This document shows, piece by piece, positions 18,862 through 28,216 of a stretch of 64,000 bases of DNA. This DNA comes from Dehalococcoidia bacterium (lineage in GTDB: Bacteria > Chloroflexota > Dehalococcoidia > UBA2979): NCBI GenBank assembly GCA_964291495.2, contig OZ219871.1:224001-288000 (forward strand), in the 5' to 3' direction. The first letter of the stretch is position 1, and each line of letters starts with the position of its first letter. The notes below the pieces were generated by a model that worked only from the letters and a program-made list of their open reading frames with translations, did not search any database and had not been told where the DNA came from. Made by a program: the position numbers and the translations under genes.

Positions 18862-19964
18862 CGCGCGACCCGATGCAGACCCGGCTCTGCGACGAGTACG
18901 GCTGCGAGATCCCCCTCGTCGGCTTCGCCCACACCCGCGACGTGGTCGCCGCGGTGACGAACGCCGGTGGCATCGGCATGTACGGCGTGAACGCGCTGAC
19001 GCCCGAGGAGATCCGCAACGACATCCGCTGGATCCGCGAGCGCGTGGGCGACAAGCCGTTCGGCATCGACTTCCTGCTCTCCGCCTCGTACGTCGAGGGC
19101 ACGCCGGAGGAGCTGATGCCGCGCATCCCGCAGGAGCACTGGGACTTCGTCGACGGCGTGATGGCCGAGCACGGCATCCCGGAGCCGAAGACGCCCGGCC
19201 CCTGGGGCGTCAAGCGCGTCGACCTGCTGCGCAAGGCGCGCGCCAAGTTCGACGTGCTGATCGAGGAGCAGATCCCGATCTTTGCCTCCGGCATGGGGAG
19301 CCCCGCCTTCGCGCTGGAGCTGCTGCACGACGCCGGCATCAAGGTCTGGGGCCTGATCGGCCTCGCTCGCCAGGCGGCGCGGGAGCTGGAGCAGGGCCTC
19401 GACCTGATCGTGGCGCAGGGCCAGGACTCCGCCGGGCATACCGGGCGGATGGGCACCTTCTCGCTCGTCCCCGAGGTGGTCGAGCTGGCGCAGGCCTACG
19501 ACAAGCCGGTGCTCGCCGCGGGCGGCGTCACGCACGGCCGCCACATGGCCGCCGCACTCGCCCTCGGGGCGGACGGCGTCTGGACCGGCACGATCTGGCA
19601 GGCCACGCACGAGTCCGACACCTCGATGAAGAAGAAGCAGCGCCTCGTCGAGGGGCGCGGGCAGGACGCCTGGATCTCGACCGCCTACGACGGCAAGCGC
19701 GTGCGCGCGATGCGCTCGAAGTTCCAGGAGATGTGGGAGCGCGAGGACTCCCCCGAGATCCTGCCGATGCCGCTGCAGGGCATGCTCGTCGGCAAGATCG
19801 AGACGGCGATCGAGGACCACCAGCTCGACGACTGGCTGCATGTCACGGCTGGCCAGGGCCTGACCTTCATCGAGGAAGTCAAGCCCGCCCGCCAGGTCGT
19901 CTTCGACCTTGCCGACCAGGCGCGCGACGCCCTCGAGCGGCTCGGCGCCTACGGCGAGGAGTAG
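18858..19964 (+). CDS. Nitronate monooxygenase/FabK-like FMN enzyme, copy 1
   Basis: VAAVTNAGGIG, IVAQGQDSAGHTG, PVLAAGG, ALGADGVWTGT. Confidence 0.9.
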   Translation: MTRDPMQTRLCDEYGCEIPLVGFAHTRDVVAAVTNAGGIGMYGVNALTPEEIRNDIRWIRERVGDKPFGIDFLLSASYVEGTPEELMPRIPQEHWDFVDGVMAEHGIPEPKTPGPWGVKRVDLLRKARAKFDVLIEEQIPIFASGMGSPAFALELLHDAGIKVWGLIGLARQAARELEQGLDLIVAQGQDSAGHTGRMGTFSLVPEVVELAQAYDKPVLAAGGVTHGRHMAAALALGADGVWTGTIWQATHESDTSMKKKQRLVEGRGQDAWISTAYDGKRVRAMRSKFQEMWEREDSPEILPMPLQGMLVGKIETAIEDHQLDDWLHVTAGQGLTFIEEVKPARQVVFDLADQARDALERLGAYGEE

Positions 19965-19979
19965 CGCGCGGCGATCGCG
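19940..19979 (+). repeat. 40-bp direct repeat, left copy (spans the stop codon of the monooxygenase gene)
   Basis: gctcggcgcctacggcgaggagtagcgcgcggcgatcgcg; 39/40 identical to 21924-21963. Confidence 0.95.
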
Positions 19980-21896
19980 CTAGCGGCGCGGCGGGCCGAC
20001 GGCGGAGCCGCCCCAGCAGACGATCTCGCCGTCTTCGGTGAGAGCGCAGGCACGCCCCCGCTCGCCGCGTACCGCCTTGTAGCGACCCGGAGGGGCCGCG
20101 AGCACTTCGGCCTCCCACCAGGGACCCCAACACGCGATGTCGCCGGCCTCGGTGATGCCGCAGGCGTGGTACCAGCCGAGACCCAGCTCCGTGAATCGCG
20201 TCGCGGGGGCTTCCGCGTACGCCGGTAACGAACCCCAGCAAACTGCCACACCGTCAGTGGCCAGGGCGCAGGTACCGGTCAGGCCCGCGCTGATCGATCG
20301 GTAGCGGCCCGACGCCGCGGCTGTCTGTCCGGAGTTGCTGCGGCCCCAACAAACGGCCGCCCCCTGCTCAGTCAGGGCGCAACTGTGGTCCCCTCCGGCG
20401 GCGACTGCCGAATAGTGACCGGCCGGGGCGTCAGACTCGCCCTCGTCGTTTTCGCCCCAGCAGGTCAGCTCCCCGCCAGTGGTCAGGGCGCAGACATGGC
20501 CCCCACCAACGCTCACGGCCTGGAACCGGCCGGGCGGAACGTCCCAGGCACGGAAGACATCGCCCCAGCAGACGATTCCTCCGTCCCCGTTCAGGGCGCA
20601 GGCCTGTCCACCGCCAACATCGATAGCCGTATACGGGCCCATTGTCGGCGCCCCGGCTCCGAGCGGCGTCTTGCCCCAGCAGGTGATCGTCCCCTCGGCG
20701 GTCAGCGCGCAGGCGTCGCGGTCACCGACGTCGAGCGCCACGTAGCGGCCGACGGGCGCATCCCAGGCGGTGTGGCCCCAGCAGATCAGACCCCCGCCCT
20801 CAGCCAGCGCACAGCTGTGAGCTGAGCCGACGGTCACGTCGATGTATCGGCCGGAAACGGGACGGGTGTTGCCGGACCTGTCGCGGCCCCAGCAGACGGC
20901 TTCCCCTTCGACGGTGAGGGCGCAGCTGTGCTGCGACCCTGCGCTCACCGCCATGAACGGCGCATACGACCGCCACGGCGCAGCGCCGCCCCATTGAGCG
21001 CCCCAGCAGGCGAGGTCGCCGTTCTCGTCGAGGACGCAGGCGTGGTTGCTGCCCCCCTCCACGGCAACGTAGCTCCCTCCACGTTCGAGGTGTTGGCCGC
21101 GGTTGCGAGACCAGCAAGCCAGACCTCGCTCGTGGGTGATCCCGCAGACCTCGTGACTGGCCACGCTCAGCGCGACATAGCTCCCCGGCAGCGAGTACGG
21201 CGTCCCGTCGGAGGTAGCTACGATGCATGTGATCGTGCCGCCGCTACTGAGCGCGCACCTGCCATACCCACCGGCGCTCACAGCGATGTAGCCGTCATCG
21301 GGCGCGGCGGGCAACGTGTGGGACTCCACGCCGGCGCCGCCCCAGCACACCGCCTCACCTTCGACGGTCAGGGCGCAGTTCGTATCGGCGCCGCTGCTGA
21401 GCGCCGTGTAGCGGCCCGAGGGGACATCGATCTGGCCGTAGTAGTTCTGACCCCAGCAGACGATCTCACCGTCCACGGTCAGCGCGCAGATGTGTGAATA
21501 GCCGGCGCTCGCCGCTACGTAGCGGCCGGGCGCGACACCGTTCGCGGCGTCAGCGGGGAGCGCGCCGGGGCGCCACGTCTCCGTATGAATCGCGTTGTAG
21601 CCGTTGACCGTGAAGGTCACTGTCGCCCCGCCGACGGCCTTGCCCGCGCAGCTACGCCAGCGCAGCTGCAAGAGCCACTCGTAGTTGGCGTTCGCGGTGG
21701 TCGTGGCGCAGATCGTGCCGTCGATCAGCGCGCTGATCTCGTCGCCCGGATTGGCGCGCCCGTAGTACGTGGCCGGAAAGAGCTCGCTCGCCTCGGCGGG
21801 CTGTGCCGTCACGATGATCCCAAGCAATACCGCCGCCAGCGCGACGCTGCCGACTGCCGCACGAGTCGATCGGCTGGCCGGGATCGCCCGCCTCAT
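19980..21896 (-). CDS. Secreted RCC1/BLIP-II repeat beta-propeller protein
   Basis: Signal peptide, a small N-terminal domain, then many ~37-aa repeats of the form Y.A.S.G..H.CALT..G...CWG. Confidence 0.9.
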   Translation of the reverse strand: MRRAIPASRSTRAAVGSVALAAVLLGIIVTAQPAEASELFPATYYGRANPGDEISALIDGTICATTTANANYEWLLQLRWRSCAGKAVGGATVTFTVNGYNAIHTETWRPGALPADAANGVAPGRYVAASAGYSHICALTVDGEIVCWGQNYYGQIDVPSGRYTALSSGADTNCALTVEGEAVCWGGAGVESHTLPAAPDDGYIAVSAGGYGRCALSSGGTITCIVATSDGTPYSLPGSYVALSVASHEVCGITHERGLACWSRNRGQHLERGGSYVAVEGGSNHACVLDENGDLACWGAQWGGAAPWRSYAPFMAVSAGSQHSCALTVEGEAVCWGRDRSGNTRPVSGRYIDVTVGSAHSCALAEGGGLICWGHTAWDAPVGRYVALDVGDRDACALTAEGTITCWGKTPLGAGAPTMGPYTAIDVGGGQACALNGDGGIVCWGDVFRAWDVPPGRFQAVSVGGGHVCALTTGGELTCWGENDEGESDAPAGHYSAVAAGGDHSCALTEQGAAVCWGRSNSGQTAAASGRYRSISAGLTGTCALATDGVAVCWGSLPAYAEAPATRFTELGLGWYHACGITEAGDIACWGPWWEAEVLAAPPGRYKAVRGERGRACALTEDGEIVCWGGSAVGPPRR

Positions 21897-21923
21897 ACGG
21901 CCAGTGTACGCAGCCGAGCATCC

Positions 21924-21963
21924 GCTCGGCGCCTACGGCGAGGAGTAGCGCGCAGCGATCGCG
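21924..21963 (+). repeat. 40-bp direct repeat, right copy
   Basis: gctcggcgcctacggcgaggagtagcgcgcagcgatcgcg; one mismatch to 19940-19979. Confidence 0.95.
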
Positions 21964-21985
21964 GGCAACGTAGCGAGCAACGAGA

Positions 21986-22007
21986 GAGCCGCCCTCGCGG
22001 GCGGCTC
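21986..22007. terminator. Hairpin, probable bidirectional terminator
   Basis: GAGCCGCCC-tcgc-GGGCGGCTC downstream of the crotonase stop. Confidence 0.65.
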
Positions 22008-22035
22008 CGTCGTGTCTGCGGCCGAGGGAACGGCG

Positions 22036-22806
22036 TTAGCGGCCCTTCCACTCCGGCTGGCGCTTCTCGGCGAAGGCGCGCGGACCCTCGGAGATGTCCT
22101 CGCTGGTCTCGACGCGGTGCAGCAGGTGCTTGGCCATGATCATCGCCTCGTCGTGCGGCAGCACGTGGGTGCGGTAGAGGATCTCCTTGAGGCAGCGCAC
22201 GGAGAGCGGCGCGTTCTCGGTCAGGATGTTGGCCCAGCGGTAGGCCTCGTCCAGCACGTCCTCCTTCGGGACGATCGAGTTGATGAAGCCCATCTCCTTG
22301 GCGCGCTCCGGCGTGATGTACTCGCCCATCAGCACCACCTCGAGGGCGTTGCCGAGGCCGATGATGCGCGGCAGGTCCGCCACCCAGTGCGGCATCAGCC
22401 CGCGCTTCACCTCGCGAATGCCGAGGATGGCGTCGTCCGCGCAGATCCGGAAGTCGGAGCGCTGCGCCATCATCCAGCCGCCGGCCAGGCAGTAGCCGTG
22501 GATCGCGGCGATCACCGGCTTCCAGACGTTCTCCGGGTTGCTGTTGCCGGTGACGCGCACCTTGCGCCAGTCGATGCCCTGGGCGTTCATCTCCGCGCGC
22601 TCCTTGAGGTCCATCCCCGCGGAGAAGGCGCGGCTGTCCGGGTGCGCACTGAGGATCGCGACCCAGATGTCGTCGTCCTCCTCGACCTCACGCCAGGCGT
22701 CGGCGAGCGCCTGGTTGAGCTCGAAGTTGAGCGCGTTCATGACCTCGGGACGGTTCATCTCGAGGTGTGCGATGTGGTTCTCGACCTTGAAGTTCAGGAC
22801 CGACAC
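22036..22806 (-). CDS. Enoyl-CoA hydratase/crotonase family protein
   Basis: GTG at 22806. NRPEVMNALN, AFSAGMDL, KPVIAAIHGYCLAGG, EGPRAFAEKRQPEWKG. Confidence 0.92.
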   Translation of the reverse strand: MSVLNFKVENHIAHLEMNRPEVMNALNFELNQALADAWREVEEDDDIWVAILSAHPDSRAFSAGMDLKERAEMNAQGIDWRKVRVTGNSNPENVWKPVIAAIHGYCLAGGWMMAQRSDFRICADDAILGIREVKRGLMPHWVADLPRIIGLGNALEVVLMGEYITPERAKEMGFINSIVPKEDVLDEAYRWANILTENAPLSVRCLKEILYRTHVLPHDEAMIMAKHLLHRVETSEDISEGPRAFAEKRQPEWKGR

Positions 22807-23009
22807 GGTTACCCCCTGGTTGCTGCGTTCACATCCTTTGCTGAGCGCGGGTGAAGGTACGTCAACCCCCCGCCGAATGTCCACGCGCGCCGCCTGGACG
22901 CAGTCGGCGCCGCATCGCGTGCCGCCGCTTCCCGGCGCGCCCGATCTCCTCGAACCCCGCCGCGCGAGCGCGCGGGCGGGTGCCCATAACGGCGCGCCCC
23001 GGGCGCGTT

Positions 23010-23080
23010 CCCCCTCACCCCCCGCCCTCCCCCGCCGGGGGGGAGGGGGCCGGATCGGCCTCGGGAGGTGTGTCTCGCGA
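23010..23080 (+). repeat. Degenerate copy of the REP/MITE arm seen at 11645-11710
   Basis: ccccctcacccccc..ccctcccc..ggggggagggggccggatcgg..gtctcgc resembles the reverse complement of 11645-11710. Confidence 0.6.
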
Positions 23081-23172
23081 GGCGCGACCGGGCGCCGCGC
23101 GCTCCCCCGCCGCGAGTCTATCGAGGGCGGCGCGTATCATCCCCGGCGGACGATCGGGCGAGAGGAGCGGCC

Positions 23173-23964
23173 ATGGACCTGTCGACGTACGAGCACATCG
23201 AGTTCCGGCGCGAGGGCGACGTGCTGGTGATGACGCTAAACCGGCCGGAGCGCCTCAACGCGGTGCACCCGCCGCTGCGCATGGAGCTGATCCGCGCCTT
23301 CAACGAGCTGGACGACGACGAGTCGCGCGCCGTCGTGATCACCGGCGCGGGCCGCGCCTTCTGCGCGGGCGGCGACGTGCAGCGCATGGACGAGCAGGGC
23401 GGCAGCAGCACGCGCGCCAAGTTTGCCCAGGTGCGCACCGGCGAGATCGTGCGCGCGCAACTCGACCTCGAGAAGCCGTGCGTCGCCGCCGTGCGGGGCC
23501 CGGCGATCGGCCTCGGCGCGAGCATCGCGCTGATGTGCGACGTGGTCGTCGCCTCGGAGACCGCGCGCATCGGCGACCGGCACGTCAACGTCGGCCTCGT
23601 CGCCGGCGACGGCGGCGCGCTGATCTGGCCGCTGCTGGTCGGCCTGAACAAGGCCAAGGAGCTGCTGATGCTCGGCGACCTCGTCGAGGGCGAGGAGCTG
23701 GAGCGGCTCGGCATCGTCAACCACCTCGTGCCGGACGAGGAGCTGGAGGCGCGTTCGCTGGAGCTGGCGCAGCGCCTCGCGGCGATGCCGCCGTACGCGG
23801 TGAAGGCGACGAAGATCACGGTCAACACGCTGCTGCGCGACAAGCTCTCCGCGGTCCTCGACCTCGGACTGGCGTACGAGCACTACTCGGCGAAGATGGC
23901 CGACCACCGCGAGGCGACGCGCGCCTGGTCGGAGCGGCGCGACGGCGTCTTCACCGGCGAGTAG
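23173..23964 (+). CDS. Crotonase-family protein with His/Asp signature
   Basis: ATG at 23173. NRPERLNA, AFCAGGD, IGDRHVNVGLVAGDGG. Confidence 0.9.
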   Translation: MDLSTYEHIEFRREGDVLVMTLNRPERLNAVHPPLRMELIRAFNELDDDESRAVVITGAGRAFCAGGDVQRMDEQGGSSTRAKFAQVRTGEIVRAQLDLEKPCVAAVRGPAIGLGASIALMCDVVVASETARIGDRHVNVGLVAGDGGALIWPLLVGLNKAKELLMLGDLVEGEELERLGIVNHLVPDEELEARSLELAQRLAAMPPYAVKATKITVNTLLRDKLSAVLDLGLAYEHYSAKMADHREATRAWSERRDGVFTGE

Positions 23965-24006
23965 GCCACGAGGCAGCAGGGACGCACGAGGGACGGAGGG
24001 CGCACG

Positions 24007-24804
24007 ATGGCGGACTACGCGGGCTACGAGACGATCACGATCGAGCGGCAGGAGCGCGTGCTGCGGCTGACCATGAACCGCCCGGAGGCGCTCAACGCCT
24101 TCAACGCGCAGATGCACGAGGAGCTGTCCCGCCTCTTCGTCGAGATCGACATGGACCCCGACACGGACGTCGTGGTGCTGACCGGCGCCGGCCGCGCCTT
24201 CTCCGCCGGCGGCGACATGGGCTGGCTACAGGAGATGATCGACGACCCCTCGGTCTGGGACCGCACCAGCACCGAGGGCAAGCGCATCGTGCTCTCCATC
24301 CTCGAGGCGCGGCAGCCGGTGATCGCGCGCATCAACGGCGCGGCGGTCGGCCTGGGCGCGACGGTCGCGCTCGCCTGCGACGTCACGTTCGCCGCCGAGG
24401 GCGCGCTGATCGGCGACCCGCACGTCAGCGTCGGCCTCGTCGCCGGCGACGGCGGCAGCACGCTCTGGCCGGCCCTCGTCGGTTACGCGCGGGCGCGTGA
24501 GTTCCTCTACACCGGCGAGCTCATCGAGGCGACGCGGGCGGCGGAGCTGGGCCTCATCAACCACGCCGTGCCCGCCGAGGAGCTTGACGAGGTGGTCGAC
24601 GCCTTCGTCGCGCGCCTCGCGAACGGTCCGACGGTGGCGATCCAGGGGACGAAGGCCTCGATCAACCAGCCGCTGCGCGACACTGCCGTGACCAACCTCG
24701 GCCTCTCGCTTGCCCTCGAGGGCATCTCGAACGTGAGCGCCGACCACCAGGAAGGCATCACCGCCTTCAAGGAGCGCCGCGAGCCGAAGTTCACGGGACG
24801 CTGA
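24007..24804 (+). CDS. Crotonase-family protein with His/Asp signature, paralogue of 23173..23964
   Basis: NRPEALNA, AFSAGGD, IGDPHVSVGLVAGDGG, EGITAFKERREPKFTG. Confidence 0.9.
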   Translation: MADYAGYETITIERQERVLRLTMNRPEALNAFNAQMHEELSRLFVEIDMDPDTDVVVLTGAGRAFSAGGDMGWLQEMIDDPSVWDRTSTEGKRIVLSILEARQPVIARINGAAVGLGATVALACDVTFAAEGALIGDPHVSVGLVAGDGGSTLWPALVGYARAREFLYTGELIEATRAAELGLINHAVPAEELDEVVDAFVARLANGPTVAIQGTKASINQPLRDTAVTNLGLSLALEGISNVSADHQEGITAFKERREPKFTGR

Positions 24805-24816
24805 CGGCCGCGGGGG

Positions 24817-25707
24817 CTACCCCGAGCCGAAGGCCTCGCGGAAGTCGCGCAGCGCGTCGATGTGCTGCTGCACGGTCGTGAGGCCGCCCTCGAGGGTGTG
24901 CAGCGAGAAGTGCGTCGCGCCCGCCTCCTCGCAGCGCCGCGCATGCTCCGCCTGCTGCTCGGGAGTCCAGCGCGCGACGCGCGCGCGGGTCTCGATGCCG
25001 ATCTCCGCCGGGTCGCGTCCGGCGGCGCGGGCCGCCTCATGGACCCGCTCGATGGCGCCCGGCAGGTAGTCCGCGCGCGCCCAGCCGACGACCCAGCCGT
25101 CCGCGATGCGCCCGACGCGGTCCAGCACGGCGGGCGCATGGCCGCCGATCCAGACGGGGATCGAGCGCGCCGGGCGCGGGGCGATCGCGGACTCCGGCAC
25201 GGAATCGAACTCGCCCTCGAAGCTCAGCAGCGGCTCCGTCCAGAGCCGCCGCATCAGGGCGATCTGCTCCTCCGAGCGCCGCCCGCGCGCGCGGAACTCC
25301 TCGCCGAGCCCGAGCCCGCGGTACTCGACATCGGACCAGCCGGTGCCGATGCCGAGCATGAGGCGGCCGCCGGAGAGGATGTCGACCTCGGCGGCCTGTT
25401 TCGCGGCGAGCACGGTCTGGCGTTGCGGAAGCACGAGGATGCCGGTGAGGAAGCGAGGTCGGGTCGTGATCGCGGCCAGGTAGCCCATCAGCACCATCGG
25501 CTCGTGCCAGTCCGTGGTGCTGGTGTAGTAGCCGCGCCGCTCTGCTCGGCCCTGGCGGTCCGGCGCGTCGTCGGGGTCGGCGCTGAGGACGTGGTCGTAG
25601 ACCTCGATCAGGTCGTAGCCGAGGTCCTCGGCGGCCTGCGCCCAGTCGCGGATCGCGGCCGGGTCGGAGCCGATCTCGTTGGTGGGGAAGCAAGCGCCAA
25701 GTTCCAT
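24817..25707 (-). CDS. LLM-class, probably F420-dependent, oxidoreductase
   Basis: ATG at 25707. AEDLGYD..VYDHV, LPQRQTVLAAKQAAEVDILSGGR, PVWIGG. Confidence 0.88.
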   Translation of the reverse strand: MELGACFPTNEIGSDPAAIRDWAQAAEDLGYDLIEVYDHVLSADPDDAPDRQGRAERRGYYTSTTDWHEPMVLMGYLAAITTRPRFLTGILVLPQRQTVLAAKQAAEVDILSGGRLMLGIGTGWSDVEYRGLGLGEEFRARGRRSEEQIALMRRLWTEPLLSFEGEFDSVPESAIAPRPARSIPVWIGGHAPAVLDRVGRIADGWVVGWARADYLPGAIERVHEAARAAGRDPAEIGIETRARVARWTPEQQAEHARRCEEAGATHFSLHTLEGGLTTVQQHIDALRDFREAFGSG

Positions 25708-25957
25708 CGTCTCCTCCTTGCGGGTGCAGCGGCCGCGGTTCGTCTCAGAGGCTACGCCGCGAGGCAAGCACTGAGGGCCGAGCTCGCGTCTCGAGGCGCC
25801 TCGTCGGCAGGTCCTCAAGTTTGCCCGCAGACGCGCGCTCTGTTATCAACCTGTGGGCGCTCCTCGATCCACGGGGAGCGTCACGGGTCGCGCTGGCCGG
25901 GCGGGCAGAGCGCTGACACAGCGGCGGACCCCATACAGCAGACCAGAGGAGGTCTCG

Positions 25958-27232
25958 ATGAAGGTCAGTATGTTCCACCTGATGCCGTACTCGGCGATGC
26001 CGGAAGAGCCGCCGCACGGCCCCGATTGGAAGACCGCGGGCATCTGGGTGGACCTCCCGAACTCGGTCTACCAGCCCGAGATCGGCAACGAGCTCTACAA
26101 CGAGTACCTCGACGAGCTCGAGTACGCCGAGCAGGTCGGCCTGGACGGCGTTTGCGTCAACGAGCACCACGCCAACATGTACGGCACGATGCCCTCGCCG
26201 AGCATCATGCTGGCCGCGCTCGCGCGCCGCACCAGCAAGGCCAACCTGATCGTGCTGGGCACCTCGATCGCGCTCTACAACCCGCCCACCCGTGTCGCCG
26301 AGGAGATGTCGATGATCGACGTGATCTCCGGCGGGCGCGTGGTCTGCGGCTTCCCCGTGGGCACCTCGCAGGACACGAACTGGGTCTACGGCATGTCGCC
26401 CTCGACCTTCCGCGAGCGCTACTACGAGGCCGAGGACCTGATCAAGAAGGCGATGGAGACGCGCGAGCCGTTCCACTACAACGGCAAGTACACGAAGCTG
26501 CGCTACGTCTCCATCTGGCCGCGCCCCGCACAGGAGCCGCGGCCCCCGATCTGGGTTCCCGGCGGCGGCTCGATCGAGACCTGGGACTGGACCATCGAGA
26601 AGGACCACGTCTACGCGGCCCTCAGCTACGGCGGCTACAAGCGCGCCCAGCAGACCCTCAACGGCTACTGGAGCCGCGTTCGCGAGCACGGCGCCGACGA
26701 GACCCCGTACCGTGCCGCCTACATGCAGCTGACGCTGGTCTCCGACTCCTACGAGCAGGCCAAGAAGGAGTACCAGGAGGGCGTCGAGTTCTTCTACCAG
26801 AAGCTGCTCGGCTCCACCGGCCGCTACTTCCCCGAGGCGCCCGGCTACCGCACCGAGGCCTCGATCCGGGCGGGCTTCGAGCGCAGCCTCGCGCTCGCGC
26901 AGGAGTCTGCCCCGCAGGCCGGTCGCAAGGCGCCCCAGGGCGCCGGCCCGTCCTGGGACCAGCTGGTCGAGGAAGGCAACATCGTCGCCGGTAGCCCGGA
27001 CGAGGTCGCCGAGAAGCTCGTCGACATCTCGAAGAGCCTGCGCATCGGCCACCTGCTGCCGCTGCTCCAGATCGGCAACATGCGGCGCGAGACCACGATG
27101 AAGAACATCAAGATGTTCGGCGAAGAGGTTCTGCCGCAGATCCACGACGTCTGGGACGACGAGGGCTGGGAAGACCGCTGGTCGCCGCGCCCGCTCGCCC
27201 AGCGCGTCTCGCCGGCGCCGGTCGGCGGATAG
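25958..27232 (+). CDS. LLM-class flavin-dependent monooxygenase
   Basis: ATG at 25958 after GAGGAGG. DGVCVNEHH, RVAEEMSMIDVISGGR, PPIWVPG, AGSPDEV. Confidence 0.9.
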   Translation: MKVSMFHLMPYSAMPEEPPHGPDWKTAGIWVDLPNSVYQPEIGNELYNEYLDELEYAEQVGLDGVCVNEHHANMYGTMPSPSIMLAALARRTSKANLIVLGTSIALYNPPTRVAEEMSMIDVISGGRVVCGFPVGTSQDTNWVYGMSPSTFRERYYEAEDLIKKAMETREPFHYNGKYTKLRYVSIWPRPAQEPRPPIWVPGGGSIETWDWTIEKDHVYAALSYGGYKRAQQTLNGYWSRVREHGADETPYRAAYMQLTLVSDSYEQAKKEYQEGVEFFYQKLLGSTGRYFPEAPGYRTEASIRAGFERSLALAQESAPQAGRKAPQGAGPSWDQLVEEGNIVAGSPDEVAEKLVDISKSLRIGHLLPLLQIGNMRRETTMKNIKMFGEEVLPQIHDVWDDEGWEDRWSPRPLAQRVSPAPVGG

Positions 27233-27250
27233 CCGAGACGAATCGCACAC

Positions 27251-27281
27251 AACCGCCCGCCGGAGGGACCGGCGGGCGGTT
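27251..27281. terminator. Perfect 13-bp hairpin (terminator or mRNA stabiliser)
   Basis: AACCGCCCGCCGG-aggga-CCGGCGGGCGGTT. Confidence 0.65.
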
Positions 27282-27298
27282 CAGCACGGAGGTACAGG

Positions 27299-28087
27299 TT
27301 GACGACAGCCACGACCCACACTGAGCGGACCGTCTCGGTCCGGGACGGCGCCTTCGAGATCGAAGTGCGCGAGGGCGGCGACGGCCCGCCCCTGCTCTAT
27401 CTGCACAACATGATGGCCGAGTACGGCTGGTTCCCGTTCATGGATCGGCTGGCCGAGAACTTCCGCGTCATCGCGCCGATCTTCCCGGGCTTCCGGGAGT
27501 CCAGCGGCCTGCAGCACATCGACGAGCCCGTCGACACCGTCGTCTACCACAACGACCTGCTCGACGCGCTCGGCCTCGACAGCGTCACGCTGATGGGCCA
27601 CGAGCTGGGCGGCATGTTCGCCGCCGAGCTGGCCGCCCTCAGCCCGCACCGCGTCGACAAGCTCGTGCTGATCGACGCGTACGGGCTGTGGATCGAGGAA
27701 GTCCCCTGCCCGGACTACTTCGCCACGCCGCGCCGCACCCTGCCGACCCTGATGTGGCACGACCACATGTCCGAGGTCGCACAGGAGTACAACCCGCCGA
27801 CGCGTGACCCGGAGATCTCGATCCAGCGCACGCGCGCCCAGACGTCCGGCAGCCGCTTCCTCTGGCAGTTCCCGGACCGCGGGCTGGAGAAGCGCATCCA
27901 CCGCATCCAGTCGCCGACGCTGGTCGTCTGGGGCGAGTCGGACGGGCAGATCCCGCCCGAGTACGGCCAGGCCTTCAACGCGCTGATCCCGGGCTCGCAG
28001 CTGGTGACCATCCCCGAGGCCGGCAACCTGCCCCAGATCGAGCAGGTCGACGCCTTCATGGACGCCGTCTCCAGCTTCCTCGCGTAG
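27299..28087 (+). CDS. Alpha/beta-hydrolase fold protein lacking the canonical Ser and His
   Basis: TTG start after GGAGG. GDGPPLLYLH, PGFRES, GHELGG elbow, PTLVVWGESD, IPEAGNLP. Confidence 0.85.
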   Translation: MTTATTHTERTVSVRDGAFEIEVREGGDGPPLLYLHNMMAEYGWFPFMDRLAENFRVIAPIFPGFRESSGLQHIDEPVDTVVYHNDLLDALGLDSVTLMGHELGGMFAAELAALSPHRVDKLVLIDAYGLWIEEVPCPDYFATPRRTLPTLMWHDHMSEVAQEYNPPTRDPEISIQRTRAQTSGSRFLWQFPDRGLEKRIHRIQSPTLVVWGESDGQIPPEYGQAFNALIPGSQLVTIPEAGNLPQIEQVDAFMDAVSSFLA

Positions 28088-28112
28088 CCCGACTCCACGG
28101 CGAAGCAACGCG

Positions 28113-28134
28113 GCGGCCCCCTCGTGGGGGCCGC
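28113..28134. terminator. Hairpin terminator
   Basis: GCGGCCCCC-tcgt-GGGGGCCGC followed by tt. Confidence 0.6.
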
Positions 28135-28216
28135 TTCGCGTCCGCGTTCGCCGCCGCGCTACCATGCGCGAACGCCGCGAGCGGCGCGGCACGACCGCCG
28201 CTGATCGGAGGCCGGG

